64,000 nucleotides of DNA from Candidatus Daviesbacteria bacterium RIFCSPHIGHO2_12_FULL_37_16 (GCA_001776785.1 MFDF01000006.1:16769-80768); one strand, 5' to 3'. Positions 39,803-49,800 are shown, counted from the first letter of the stretch. Made by a program: numbers and translations. Notes: generated from the letters alone by a model not told the origin.

Positions 39803-40582
39803 CTATGGCAATGTCTGTCTTTGAGATTTGTAATCGTTCCATTTGTCATCACCACCTCTCAGAAGTGAAGTTAAACTTACTTTTTTAGCCATTAAACAAA
39901 GAATGTTTGGATAACTTTTTTCTCTGGGAAGAATTGGGTAGAAATCTTTTTGGGAATATTTATTATTTTTGCCTTTTGAACTTAAGAGGAAACCTTTTTT
40001 AACCAGTTTAAAGGCAGAGATTTCTTTTGATAGTTTTTCATTTTTACTTTCCCTTAGTAAAACATCAAACACTACAAAATATTCCTTATTTTGATCCTCA
40101 ACATAATTTTTAAGATAGTCCTCAATGAATTTTTTAACTTCTTTTTTTGTACTCTCTGATTTTCCTCCAACTTCAAGAGAAATTCCTAAATCCACATGAT
40201 CAATTAAAGACTTTCCTGAGGCAATGCTATTTTGCATGTAAACCACTTTTTTTGTATTAAGTTTATTGATTAAAGTTAGGTGGTTGGGAGTTAGTTTGGT
40301 TGTAATAATAAAAAGTTCTGAAGGGTCAGTTGCTGTATGAAAATCTAGCACAGCCTCATATTTTTTAAGCTGTTTTAATAACTTTGAAGCTAATTTTTCC
40401 TCTTTTGTACCTTTAGGATTGCCTGGGAATGCGCGGTTTAAGTCACTTTCTATAAACCTGACATTATTATCAAAGGCTTCCTTATTTGCTATTAATAATT
40501 TGAATTTTTTAAAATATTTGTTTATAACTTTGTAGGGGGCTTTTTCTCCACCGTGCTGACAAACAACAAAAATTGTATTCAT
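39803..40582 (-). CDS. Succinylglutamate desuccinylase/aspartoacylase (AstE/AspA) family zinc hydrolase
   Basis: QHGGE...DLNRAFP...DFHTA motifs. Confidence 0.45.
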   Translation of the reverse strand: MNTIFVVCQHGGEKAPYKVINKYFKKFKLLIANKEAFDNNVRFIESDLNRAFPGNPKGTKEEKLASKLLKQLKKYEAVLDFHTATDPSELFIITTKLTPNHLTLINKLNTKKVVYMQNSIASGKSLIDHVDLGISLEVGGKSESTKKEVKKFIEDYLKNYVEDQNKEYFVVFDVLLRESKNEKLSKEISAFKLVKKGFLLSSKGKNNKYSQKDFYPILPREKSYPNILCLMAKKVSLTSLLRGGDDKWNDYKSQRQTLP

Positions 40583-41250
40583 AATAACCTCCTATAGCCT
40601 ACTAAAAGCATTGCATCTCCAGCACTATAATCTAAAATATCTGTAAAATTAGTTACTCTAGGGTTTGAGCTTCTTCTACGCTCACCTTGTGCAATCATAG
40701 GACTGCCAAAGTAGCCTGGAAGGACTAATCTTTTTTCATCAATTTCAGTTTCTGGAGTGATTAAACCTATATTCTGAAGCAAAGTAATTTGTTTACTTCC
40801 TGCAACCTCATCCATTGCAATAACTCTGGAGCAGGTATTAGCCATGATTTCAACAACCCTGTCATTTTGAGTCCTAACTGCAACTGTTTCCGCTTGATTT
40901 TGATCCAAGTAGTGGTTAACAATTTTTTCAATTACCCTGGAAGGGGCCTGGGGTTTTTTGACTATTCCTGCAATATAGATAACCCCTTCTGCTGGATAAT
41001 TTTTTAATGCTGCAAAACCTGTTGGTAGAGTGTCATTAACAGTCATATATAAATCCGCTCCTCTTATATGACTTGCTACATCCTCACTAAACTCAGGCGT
41101 TAAAGATCTTTGAAATGCGCAAGCTGCTACCTCTGATAATTGAGGCTCTAATAATTTCTTTGAGTCACCAGGTAAAGCATCAAAATTATTGGTCTTATAA
41201 ACCTGTGAACCTGCATATTCAAAACAATATTCTAACCCTTTTATATTCAT
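40579..41250 (-). CDS. Hypothetical protein (possibly acetyltransferase-like)
   Basis: 223-aa ORF. Preceded within 10 nt by an intrinsic terminator hairpin (see leader feature). Confidence 0.3.
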   Translation of the reverse strand: MNIKGLEYCFEYAGSQVYKTNNFDALPGDSKKLLEPQLSEVAACAFQRSLTPEFSEDVASHIRGADLYMTVNDTLPTGFAALKNYPAEGVIYIAGIVKKPQAPSRVIEKIVNHYLDQNQAETVAVRTQNDRVVEIMANTCSRVIAMDEVAGSKQITLLQNIGLITPETEIDEKRLVLPGYFGSPMIAQGERRRSSNPRVTNFTDILDYSAGDAMLLVGYRRLL

Positions 41251-41262
41251 CTTTTTAGGACT

Positions 41263-41309
41263 AAAAAAGCCCTTGCTTGCTCACTAAAAACTAATGAACA
41301 AACAAGGGC
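41263..41309 (-). terminator. Rho-independent terminator/attenuator hairpin immediately upstream of the 40579-41250 gene
   Basis: On the minus strand: GCCCTTGTTTG...CAAGCAAGGGC stem followed by TTTTTTAG. Confidence 0.55.
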
Positions 41310-41350
41310 CTTCTTTAGGCGGTGCCACCTTGTGTTTGATAATTTTCCAA

Positions 41351-41375
41351 ATAAAAAGCGACTTGTAAGTCGCTA
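41351..41375 (-). terminator. Rho-independent terminator ending a ~185-nt promoter-driven transcript
   Basis: On the minus strand: AGCGACTTACAAGTCGCT hairpin followed by TTTTTATTT. Confidence 0.55.
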
Positions 41376-41537
41376 AAGTTTAGGAAAAGTATCCTCTTCC
41401 AGTACTCTAGCTTTTGGCTGACATACTGCTGTCTTATGATAACGGAAGACTTCCGGATTAGACATTCCTTCGAATTCTCTCAGGATAGCCTAATCAGCTC
41501 AGGGATCCCAATCAATCCCTTCAACGCCTTTTTAATA
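41376..41537 (-). ncRNA. Candidate small RNA / regulatory leader (identity unknown)
   Basis: Lies between a consensus sigma70 promoter and an intrinsic terminator. No ORF in the track. Internal hairpins (e.g. TCCGGAAGTCTTCCG). GC higher than the surrounding intergenic DNA. Confidence 0.3.
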
Positions 41538-41543
41538 TTAAAT

Positions 41544-41572
41544 TGTAAAACTAATTATACTTAACTGTTTAC
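41544..41572 (-). promoter_or_regulatory. Sigma70-type promoter, TTGACT-17 nt-TATAAT on the minus strand
   Basis: Perfect -10 TATAAT (revcomp of 41544-41549) and -35 TTGACT (revcomp of 41567-41572) with a 17-nt spacer. Confidence 0.55.
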
Positions 41573-41587
41573 TATAAGTCAAATCAA

Positions 41588-41866
41588 TTATTCTGCATTA
41601 ATATCAATTAATCTTTCATTAACTGGTGGAAATACTTCAACTATTGGCCTGTTATCTATATGGCCTCTCCTTGAGATATTTAATAGATCTTCGGTCACAA
41701 CTTCTTTGGTGTCATGCTCTTTCATTAAAACATCTGTTCCCATTATTCCTAAAACAGTTAGGGTCCTGTCTATCCCACCAGCTCCTCTGGCAATAAAGGT
41801 TTGCCCTCTTTCAATAGGGTTAATCATAAATCCATTTGATCCTAGTTCTTTTCTGTCTATACTCAT
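41588..41866 (-). CDS. Hypothetical small protein (possible gene fragment)
   Basis: 92-aa ORF. The VLGIMGTDVLME segment weakly resembles HisG-type motifs. Not reliable. Confidence 0.2.
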   Translation of the reverse strand: MSIDRKELGSNGFMINPIERGQTFIARGAGGIDRTLTVLGIMGTDVLMKEHDTKEVVTEDLLNISRRGHIDNRPIVEVFPPVNERLIDINAE

Positions 41867-42058
41867 ATTTTTAAAACATAAAAAAAGCCACCTATCTGAG
41901 GTGGCTTTGTGGGTTTATTTAATTTGGATGACCCTTATTCTTTTGGGGCCTCCAACCCACAAAGCCTCACCCAATTGTGCATTGGGTATTGGCATTTAAT
42001 AATATTTCTAAAAAGTTTTATAGACATGTTTATGTAATATACATTACAAAAACTTAGC

Positions 42059-42730
42059 TTACTTGTCAAGGGTGTTTAAATATTGGGCACAGAGGCCTGG
42101 AGTGCGGGCAATGATAAAAACTGCATTGGAAAGTTTCGGATCCCAACCAAGGGTACAGAGTACAACTGCTATAGCTGCATCTATATTTAAAGGCAGTTTC
42201 TTGCCTTTTTGAGCTTCCATTTCCTTCTCCAGATCCCTGGCAATATTTATAAATTTATTATCCATATTAAACTCAGACATTTTCTCAAAAATTAATTTGG
42301 TCCTTGGGTCTTCATCTTTGTAGATCCTGTGGCCCAAGCCTGGCATACGCTTATCATCTTTCAAATACTCATCAACTAAATTGTTAATTGGTAATTGTTC
42401 ATTGTTAATTGAATAGAGAATTTCCATGCAGGGTTCGATTGCTCCACCATGGGAAGAGTTTATTTGCAAAATTCCTGCTGCAACTGATTCTGAGATATTT
42501 TTTCCATCAAGAGAAGCCTGGATTGTGGCTACTGCTGAGGGTGTTTCTGCCCCATGATCTATAGATAAATTTAAGATAAGTTCAAAGATTTTAAGTTCAT
42601 TCTCAGAAGGAGTTTTTTCTGAGAGCATTTCAAAGATTAATTGAGCAAAAGAAGATTTTTGGGAGACCAAAAGGTGGTCTTTATCCCCAAAATATGACTT
42701 GAGCTCTTTGTGCTTAACAGTTTTAGCCAT
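42059..42730 (-). CDS. Citrate synthase-like domain protein (citryl-CoA lyase-like)
   Basis: HGGAIE and GLGHRIYKDEDPR correspond to the citrate synthase catalytic His blocks. At 223 aa it is too short for a full citrate synthase, like the Ccl/AclA C-terminal domain. Confidence 0.5.
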   Translation of the reverse strand: MAKTVKHKELKSYFGDKDHLLVSQKSSFAQLIFEMLSEKTPSENELKIFELILNLSIDHGAETPSAVATIQASLDGKNISESVAAGILQINSSHGGAIEPCMEILYSINNEQLPINNLVDEYLKDDKRMPGLGHRIYKDEDPRTKLIFEKMSEFNMDNKFINIARDLEKEMEAQKGKKLPLNIDAAIAVVLCTLGWDPKLSNAVFIIARTPGLCAQYLNTLDK

Positions 42731-42782
42731 GTTTTATGAATTTTCAATTTTTAATTTTAAATTTGAATTCAAATTGTAAATT

Positions 42783-43688
42783 TCAAATTTTAAATTGTAA
42801 AGCCTTTTTTAGTAATCCTGCTATTTGGTCAAAATCTTCAACAACTAGAACACCACTCTCCTTAAGAACCATTCTCTTGTGGTCTGGTTTACCTCTTTCC
42901 CCTTCAATTATTGCACCTGCATGGCCAAATTGCACCTCTGAAGGTAAAGTCATTGTGAACTCACCTGCAATAAATGCTACTATAGGTTTTTTAATCTTTC
43001 CAGCTTTGACCATTTCTGCTACTCTTTCTTCATAAGTTCCACCCAGTTCTCCAAAAATAACAGAAGCTTGAGTATTAGGATCATCTTCAACTGCCATTAA
43101 AAAATCTGCAAAATCTGTGCCTGCAATCCTGTCCCCACCTATTCCTAAAGCATATGAAACACCCAAACCATTATTTCTTAAGTGAAGACCAATTTCACTG
43201 CTCATGCCTCCTGATTTTGAGATAATACAGATATTACCTTCCTTAAAAACCCTGTCAGGGTCTGCCCCACCTATTGAGCCTATTTTTAGTTTTTTTGCAG
43301 GATTTATCAGGCCCACAGAAGAAGGTCCAATAATATTTGCTCCCTTTTCTTGTGCCAGAGCATAAATATATGCAGAATCAGAAGTAGGCACTTTTTCTGT
43401 GAATATCAGCAAAAATTTGATTCCAGCCTCTAAGGCTTCCACAGCTGCAGCTTTTACAAACAGTGGTGGCACATATATTACAGTTGCATCAATCTCACCA
43501 AATTTCTCTGACAATTCTTTTACAGAATTAAAAACAGGCACACCTAAAACATCAGTGCCTCCTTTACCTGGGGTTACTCCTCCAACTACTTTTGTGCCAT
43601 AGCTTAACATGGTTTCCAAAGCCTTTGAGCCCTCTGAACCAGTGATACCTTGGCCAATTAATTTAGGATTATCAGGTAAAATTAACAT
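42783..43688 (-). CDS. Succinyl-CoA synthetase alpha-like / citryl-CoA synthetase small subunit-like (CoA-binding, phosphohistidine)
   Basis: GITGSEG...GTKVVGGVTPGKGG...GHAGAI phospho-His loop. Confidence 0.7.
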   Translation of the reverse strand: MLILPDNPKLIGQGITGSEGSKALETMLSYGTKVVGGVTPGKGGTDVLGVPVFNSVKELSEKFGEIDATVIYVPPLFVKAAAVEALEAGIKFLLIFTEKVPTSDSAYIYALAQEKGANIIGPSSVGLINPAKKLKIGSIGGADPDRVFKEGNICIISKSGGMSSEIGLHLRNNGLGVSYALGIGGDRIAGTDFADFLMAVEDDPNTQASVIFGELGGTYEERVAEMVKAGKIKKPIVAFIAGEFTMTLPSEVQFGHAGAIIEGERGKPDHKRMVLKESGVLVVEDFDQIAGLLKKALQFKI

Positions 43689-43769
43689 CGTATAAAGTTT
43701 ATCGGTTTCGATGCCCGTTTGGTTTAGGGGTTACGTTTAACGTCCAACTCCCTTACGATACTGGCTTCG

Positions 43770-44924
43770 TTACCCATTTCCTCCTAACTTTTCAGCATAT
43801 TCTTTGGCAAGCTTAACAATTATCTCTGCTGAGGCTGGAATTGAGGTGTCCTCACCATATAAATGCAGATCAAATTCTTTAACTTTTTTAAGCATTTCAA
43901 AAGCTTCATCATCCCTTGGTCCTGCCCTTCTTATGACTATTGGATATTTGGGATTAGGTTCAATTTTTTTCAGGGCATCAATTATGCCAGATAAAGTTTC
44001 ATAGATATCTGTAAAGTTAGCCAGGGCCCCTACTATCCAGAGACCATTTAAATTGGGTTTGTCTAAAACTATTTTAGTTAACTTCTCCACTTTTTCCCTT
44101 GGTGGGTTGCCTGAATATTCTGTAAAGTTTGCAGGCTTGCCACCTGCATTTAAAAGTGCATCCATGGCTGTGATTGAGGCTCCTCCTCCTGAGGCTAAAA
44201 TTGCAATGTCCCCATCAAAGTCAAAGTAAGTTGAGCCTGCAACACCCCTGTAGTCATTTTCATCAATTTTTTTAGCTTCTATCTCATTTTTAGTTGGAGT
44301 GTAGCCTGCAACAGAGCGGGGGGGGTAATCCTTCCAGGCTTCATGCCTGCCAATGGCAGTATCATCTAATTTTATTTTTGCATCCAAAGCTATCCAGCCA
44401 TCTTTGGTTTTTACAAGGGGATTAATTTCTAATAAAAGCATGTCTTGTTCAAAGAAGAGCTTGACCAGCTTATTTACTATTTCAGTTATATCATTTGGGT
44501 GTGCGACCGCACACTTTAGTGATAATGGGTCCACTGGATAAACTTGCACTTCCTTTTCTTCTATTCCTGTTCCCCCAGCTTCTGAGAAGGTTAAAATAGG
44601 AGATCTTGAATCTGTGTCATAGGATAAAGAGAGGTAATATTCTTTCTCAATCTCTACCTTTTCTTCTACCAAAACCTTTTCCACCTTTTCCTTATTAATT
44701 ATTTTTCCCAACAAATTTGAAATTTGAAATTTGAAATTTGAAATTTCGTCGCAGACGACTATTCCTCCAGCATCTGCCCTTTTGCCTGAGAGGACCTGAG
44801 CTTTAAGGACAACAGGATACTGCAGAGCTCTGAGCTCAGAGCTCTGATTGAATAGTTGGGAGGCTGGGACTTTGATGCCTGCATCAGCTAAAAGCTTTTT
44901 TCCTTCAAATTCAAAGAGGATCAT
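43770..44924 (-). CDS. Succinyl-CoA synthetase beta-like / citryl-CoA synthetase large subunit-like (ATP-grasp)
   Basis: N-terminal ATP-grasp and C-terminal GDIAILASGGGASITAMDALLNAGGKPANF ligase-CoA domain. Confidence 0.7.
   Translation of the reverse strand: MILFEFEGKKLLADAGIKVPASQLFNQSSELRALQYPVVLKAQVLSGKRADAGGIVVCDEISNFKFQISNLLGKIINKEKVEKVLVEEKVEIEKEYYLSLSYDTDSRSPILTFSEAGGTGIEEKEVQVYPVDPLSLKCAVAHPNDITEIVNKLVKLFFEQDMLLLEINPLVKTKDGWIALDAKIKLDDTAIGRHEAWKDYPPRSVAGYTPTKNEIEAKKIDENDYRGVAGSTYFDFDGDIAILASGGGASITAMDALLNAGGKPANFTEYSGNPPREKVEKLTKIVLDKPNLNGLWIVGALANFTDIYETLSGIIDALKKIEPNPKYPIVIRRAGPRDDEAFEMLKKVKEFDLHLYGEDTSIPASAEIIVKLAKEYAEKLGGNG
44713..44747. repeat. Perfect heptanucleotide tandem repeat (AAATTTG)x5 inside the sucC-like CDS
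   Basis: Read directly. 35 bp, not a multiple of 3. The same AAATTTG/AAATTTC motif recurs in the AT-rich 42731-42782 intergenic region. Confidence 0.6.
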
Positions 44925-45040
44925 TTCTTTATGAGTTTATATTTTCTTTCCTAAAATTGCAAAGCAATTTTGAAAGGAGGAACAGATGCAAACTGGAACA
45001 ATTCAGAAATTGTGGAAGTTGAAATCTTGTTCCGACGCAG

Positions 45041-45115
45041 TAGCAGGGGTGAGATTCGAACTCGACGATCTCGGCGTTATGAGTGCCGCGCTTTAACCAA
45101 CTAAGCTACCCTGCC
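45041..45115 (-). tRNA. tRNA with CAT anticodon (elongator Met or Ile2-lysidine type)
   Basis: Minus strand: acceptor GGCAGGG/CCCTGCT, D-arm GCTT-AGTTGGTTA-AAGC, anticodon loop CTCATAA, T-loop TTCGAAT. The T-stem pairs poorly as I read it, so a scan is needed. Confidence 0.55.
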
Positions 45116-45199
45116 ACGGAATGAATTTTAACAGAAACTTGCTCATCAGACAAACTTAATTGCAATCAAACAATTAAAAGATATATACTCATTTTTATT

Positions 45200-45478
45200 A
45201 TGAATGACATACAAAAAATGCTAAGAGCTATAATTAATGGACAAAGTGCCTTTAGACAGGAAGTATTAAGTAGGATTAATAACCTTGACCTAAAGATAGA
45301 TAAATTAGGCGAGAGATTAGAAGGAAAGATTGATAGTATAGAAGCTAAATTGACTAAACGATTAGACATAATTGGCAAGCAACTTGCCTACTTAGAAGAT
45401 GATGCTCCAACCAGAGAGGAATTTAATAATTTAGAAAAAAGGGTAGGTAAGATTGAGTCAAAAACCACTCAAGTCTAG
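45200..45478 (+). CDS. Small coiled-coil protein (hypothetical)
   Basis: 92 aa with heptad-like L/I spacing. Confidence 0.3.
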   Translation: MNDIQKMLRAIINGQSAFRQEVLSRINNLDLKIDKLGERLEGKIDSIEAKLTKRLDIIGKQLAYLEDDAPTREEFNNLEKRVGKIESKTTQV

Positions 45479-45657
45479 CTTACTACTAAACTTTTCTTTC
45501 GTTTTCCTTACCTAAATTTAGTTTTTATCTTATTTAAAATCTTCATAATTAAGATAATCAGGTTTGGGGGTAGGAAACTAAATTGCTGAGTTGGAAGAGA
45601 TAGGAGAGTTCACTAGTGTGATTTATTAAACTTTCCAAAACTACCCGGCCCTACCCT

Positions 45658-46341
45658 TCATCTGATTTTTTTTATACTTAATTTAACAAACCCTAAAATT
45701 ATCAGGTCAATAATTAAAGGCAGGCTTAAAAAAAGGTTGGCTTTTTTTAAGACCTCTACCATAGTTTGACCCCAGCCTGAAGATAAAATTGTATTAAAAT
45801 CCAAAAGTCCAACATAATAAAAAGCTATTAAAATTGCAAAAAGGATGGCAAAGACCATTAAAGTCCCTTCCATGTCTTTTTTGGAAGAAAACATAGTATT
45901 TGAGACTATAAAAATTAAATAAAACATCAAAGCCCAAACCCAGATAGATATTCCAGAAGAATTAGTAATATACCAGGAGATGCCAATTATTAAGCTTAAA
46001 CCTACTAATACAGGTGCTACTCCAATGATTGTCCTTCTTAAGGGGTCAGTTTTTTGAATTTGGGCACTACCCAGCTTTACCCCATCTTCCCTTATTTCAG
46101 GCATGAACTCAATATCAGATGACTCAACAAGCATCATGCCTGCTACTATGACATGGGCCAGCTCATGAATAATTGTTCCAGGCAAAAATAAAAAGGCTAA
46201 AAGACCAATTGTTTTTTTGTGGGAGTGGGTTAAAAAATAAAAAAGTGTCCCTAAAGATTTTAATAAAAGTTTGGAGACAAAATATATTAAAAAAAGCAGG
46301 ATAAAAAAGAGAGTTATCTGGATTGGGGTAGAATCCAACAT
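45658..46341 (-). CDS. Polytopic membrane protein with HExxH motif (putative membrane metalloprotease)
   Basis: TIIHELAHVIVAGMM lies within a TM-rich 227-aa protein. Confidence 0.35.
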   Translation of the reverse strand: MLDSTPIQITLFFILLFLIYFVSKLLLKSLGTLFYFLTHSHKKTIGLLAFLFLPGTIIHELAHVIVAGMMLVESSDIEFMPEIREDGVKLGSAQIQKTDPLRRTIIGVAPVLVGLSLIIGISWYITNSSGISIWVWALMFYLIFIVSNTMFSSKKDMEGTLMVFAILFAILIAFYYVGLLDFNTILSSGWGQTMVEVLKKANLFLSLPLIIDLIILGFVKLSIKKIR

Positions 46342-46370
46342 GAACTTAAGTATATAAGGCTAAAATCTAA

Positions 46371-46399
46371 TTGACAACTTATTATTAATAGCTGATACT
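46371..46399 (+). promoter_or_regulatory. Sigma70-like promoter (TTGACA-17 nt-GATACT) with strong SD GGAGG upstream of the small acidic protein/giant protein operon
   Basis: TTGACA at 46371-46376, GATACT at 46394-46399, AAGGAGGTGA at 46419-46428, ATG at 46436. Confidence 0.4.
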
Positions 46400-46435
46400 G
46401 AATTTAACCTATATTTTTAAGGAGGTGATTTTTAT

Positions 46436-46825
46436 ATGGATAATACTCAACAAATCTTACAGATACCTCCTGATGTAAGATCATTTCTTGAAGGATTATT
46501 AACTGATGCCGGGATGACAAGCTTAGATGATGAAATGCGCGAAGAGATGTTAAAAGAGCTCTACGGGCGGCTTGATAATCACTTAAGTGCAACTATTATT
46601 GATAACCTGCCTCCTGAGAATTTAGATGAATTTATTAAATTAAATGAGGATGGAAAAACCAAAGAAGAGATTGAAAGTTACCTTAAAGAGAAGATGCCTA
46701 ATGCCCAGGAGGTATTAGCAAAGGCATTTATAGAATTTAGAGATCTTTATTTGGGAAATGTAACTGTTGCCAGGAATGCTCCCCCATCAGAGAGTCAACC
46801 TAGTGAGGGAGGCCAGACAAACTAA
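46436..46825 (+). CDS. Small acidic protein, 7 bp upstream of the giant ORF (possible chaperone/partner)
   Basis: 129 aa rich in D/E. Consensus RBS. Intergenic gap of 6 nt to the giant gene. Confidence 0.5.
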   Translation: MDNTQQILQIPPDVRSFLEGLLTDAGMTSLDDEMREEMLKELYGRLDNHLSATIIDNLPPENLDEFIKLNEDGKTKEEIESYLKEKMPNAQEVLAKAFIEFRDLYLGNVTVARNAPPSESQPSEGGQTN

Positions 46826-46831
46826 AATAAA

Positions 46832-49800
46832 ATGGAGGGATCTGCCGAAGTTAGTTCTTCACCACCGCCTGCTGCAGAAACAGGGACAAGGCCTGAAGCT
46901 CGGGTAAAGGATACCCGCGAGCAAGTCTTAAATGCCTTTAACGGGGCATTAGACATTCTTGAAAATACTCCGGAAGATAAATTAACTACTCACGAAAGGG
47001 CTGGTAAAAAATTAATAAAGGAGGTCAAAGCTAAAACTTTAGACCAGGATAAGACTACATTTAGGAATAGGTTCAAAGATGCAGCTGGAAATGAATATTC
47101 ACAGATGGAGTCTGTGCCTGTAGATGACCTGATTGATTTTTTGACTGAAAGGATAAAAAGCAATGATCTATCTGAGCAACAATTACAGGATTATAGAGAT
47201 AAAAGAGCTGTGCTTATTAGAAACAGCAAGCCCTATTATAGACTGGGCAGAGGCAACCCATTAAGGCTTGATGCCCGAGTTGACCAGGAATTAAAAAGAT
47301 TAGAAGAGGCAGGATTAACAACTGGTGATGGTGCAGTAGATAAGGAAGCAGCTGGAGCAAGCCTAACCAAGAGGCGCGAGCTCATTTTGCCAAGGGTTGA
47401 CAGAGGAACTGAGCCACCCCCTGTAGAACCTCCACCACCTATAACTGAACCTCCTGAACAACCACCTATAGAACCACCCCCTCCTGTGGAACCACCACAA
47501 CCACCTCCTACTGCAGGTGAAGTTATGAGAGAGCTTTTAGTTGCTAATGGAACTTTGCAGGTTGGAAGAAGGGCAGCTGAGACAGCAGAGGTGCAGCTTA
47601 GAAATGAACTTAGAAGAGGCCAATGGTATGAATTTTGGCATTGGCCAAGAAAAATAGGAATGAGGGTTGCAGAACAATTTCATAGACAAAATTATATTGA
47701 GAGAGCAAGAGCAGCTATGCTTGAGCACAATAATACACTTGGGGATTTTGATGTTGTCCATAATGTTGCAAGAAATGCTCAGGCAAATATTGATCAGGAG
47801 AGAGCAGAAGGTAAGGCTAAAGTTGCCCAAATAAAATCTGGTGATCTGATTGCTGGTCAAAATGTAGTTGAAGCTACAGGTGAGCTTAAAAACATGATGA
47901 TAAATGATATTTTAAGGCCAGTTGTTGAAGGAAGGGTGACTGAGCAGGGCCAGATTCAGCAGGCTTTAAGGGATTTTGTCCAAAATCACCAAGGAGACCT
48001 GCAGGTCCAGGCTGTTTTTGGCAGGGATGCAACCCAATATGGAAGACTAGCTGAATATTTTGCATCAGATTTAACAGAGACAGCTGAACTTGTCAGATCT
48101 GACATTGAAGCTCACAGGTATGCTATAGACCAGCTTAGTCAGGTAGTAAAGATAAATTTGGCAAATACTTCATGGGCAGCAGAAAGCCAGGCTAACTTTA
48201 ATGCAGTAGATAGGGCTGTAGCCTGGGCAGAATCCCATCAACTGCGCGGCTGGCTTCTAAACCCAGCCACTATTGGAGCTGTGGCCTCTTTGGCTTCATT
48301 TGGAATAAGCAGAGCATTGGGAGCTGGGTCTGCTGCTGCAAATATTATTGCACCAGGAGCAGGAATGATTGCTGGTGCAGCAGTTGCAGGAGTAAGGAGA
48401 AGTTATGACTTAAAGGTGGACCGGGCTGCTGATCAGGTTGAGGAAACATATAATGGACAAGTTCCAGCTCAGGGAGCACCAAGAAGGGAGGCTTTAAGAG
48501 AATTTAGATACAATACAGCTTCAGTTAGAGATTTAATTAATGGAGGTGGGGATGAGCTTTTAGGCGGGGGCAGAAGATTGAGCATGGATCAGCTTTTAAC
48601 TCAGGATCTGTCAGATGGGCAAAATGATAACAGAGAAGCTGTTGTCAGAAGAATTTCTGAGATTAAATCCAGGCTTGATTTTTCTGCAACTGAACATGTG
48701 GATTTAGTGACTTTTGAAGCCAGAGGAAAGGTTGAACAAGGCAGAATGCAGCTTGTCCAGGAGCGGGCAAGGGCAAGGATTGCATTAAGAAATGCCGGGA
48801 TGCTTGATGATGAAATTTTAACTTTAGAGACCAGGTTGACAGGAGAGTGGAATGAGAGGTTTACCCAAAATAGAGAGCAGCAGGATCACAGATTCCAGCT
48901 TTACAGATTAAGGAATGCCGGGGGGGCTGCTTTGTTTGGTGCAGCTGTTGGACTGGCTGGAGGGTTGGCAATTCAGCAGGGAGAGGCCTGGATTGGCAGG
49001 GCTGTGCCAGGGTTGTCTGAGGCTCCAGTTGTGGGGGCACTTTTTGGAAAAGGCCAAACCAGGATTGAGGCAGCTTTTGGCATAGCAGGGCCTACTTCTC
49101 CTGAGAGGTTTAATGTGTTTGGAGTTGATTTAAATGAGGCTTTTGATAAGCCTAAAAACTTTGTGATGAAAAACCCTAACACTGGTGAGGAGTTTTGGAT
49201 GGCAATCCACCCTGAGGATATCAATAAAACAAGGGAGATAACTTTTCTGGATACTAATGGGAATAAGCTTGATGGGCCCGCCATGTGGCTTGAAAAGAGT
49301 GATGATGGCAAGGTGAGTATTATTGGGGCTGGGGACACAAATTTGATGCCTAAGCAAGTCCAGGAGCTGGTTGGGGGCTGGGACAAGAATACTACTGAAA
49401 CCCACAACTTGAGAAGCTATATGAAGTTTTTAACTAAGGGTGGAGTTGAGAATACCTCTGATGAGGTAGTCGAATATGGGAATTTTAGTTTGAACTCACA
49501 TGATGTGCATGAATCAATTTTATTAAATGATGAGGGCAAACCATATGATGTGTGGGCACAGGAGGCTGGGAGGCTAAAGCCAGATGGAACTCCTGAGGTT
49601 GGGAAGATGTCTGTGACCTTACTCCCTACCAAAACCCAATTTCATGGATTTTTAAGGGAGGATGGGTCATTTGATGTTGATCCTAAATATTTTGTAGATG
49701 GAAATTATAGAGGTAATGCAGATATAAACCCCACTGATTATCAGGATATGCTTGATAATTTAAAGGCTGAGGGTTGGGGTGTAGATACTGGAGGGGTAAA

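Noticed and set aside
39594-39842. 82-aa ORF overlapping the start of the AstE/AspA-like gene
   Set aside because: Short, no recognisable features, overlaps the neighbouring start. Likely spurious or at best a leader peptide.
41251-41587. Assigning the candidate RNA to SRP RNA, 6S RNA, tmRNA or a TPP riboswitch
   Set aside because: Only fragmentary resemblances (a TCCGGAAG hairpin, a CUGAGA hexamer) were seen. Conserved cores of these families could not be matched by eye. It is left as an unnamed candidate pending a covariance-model search.
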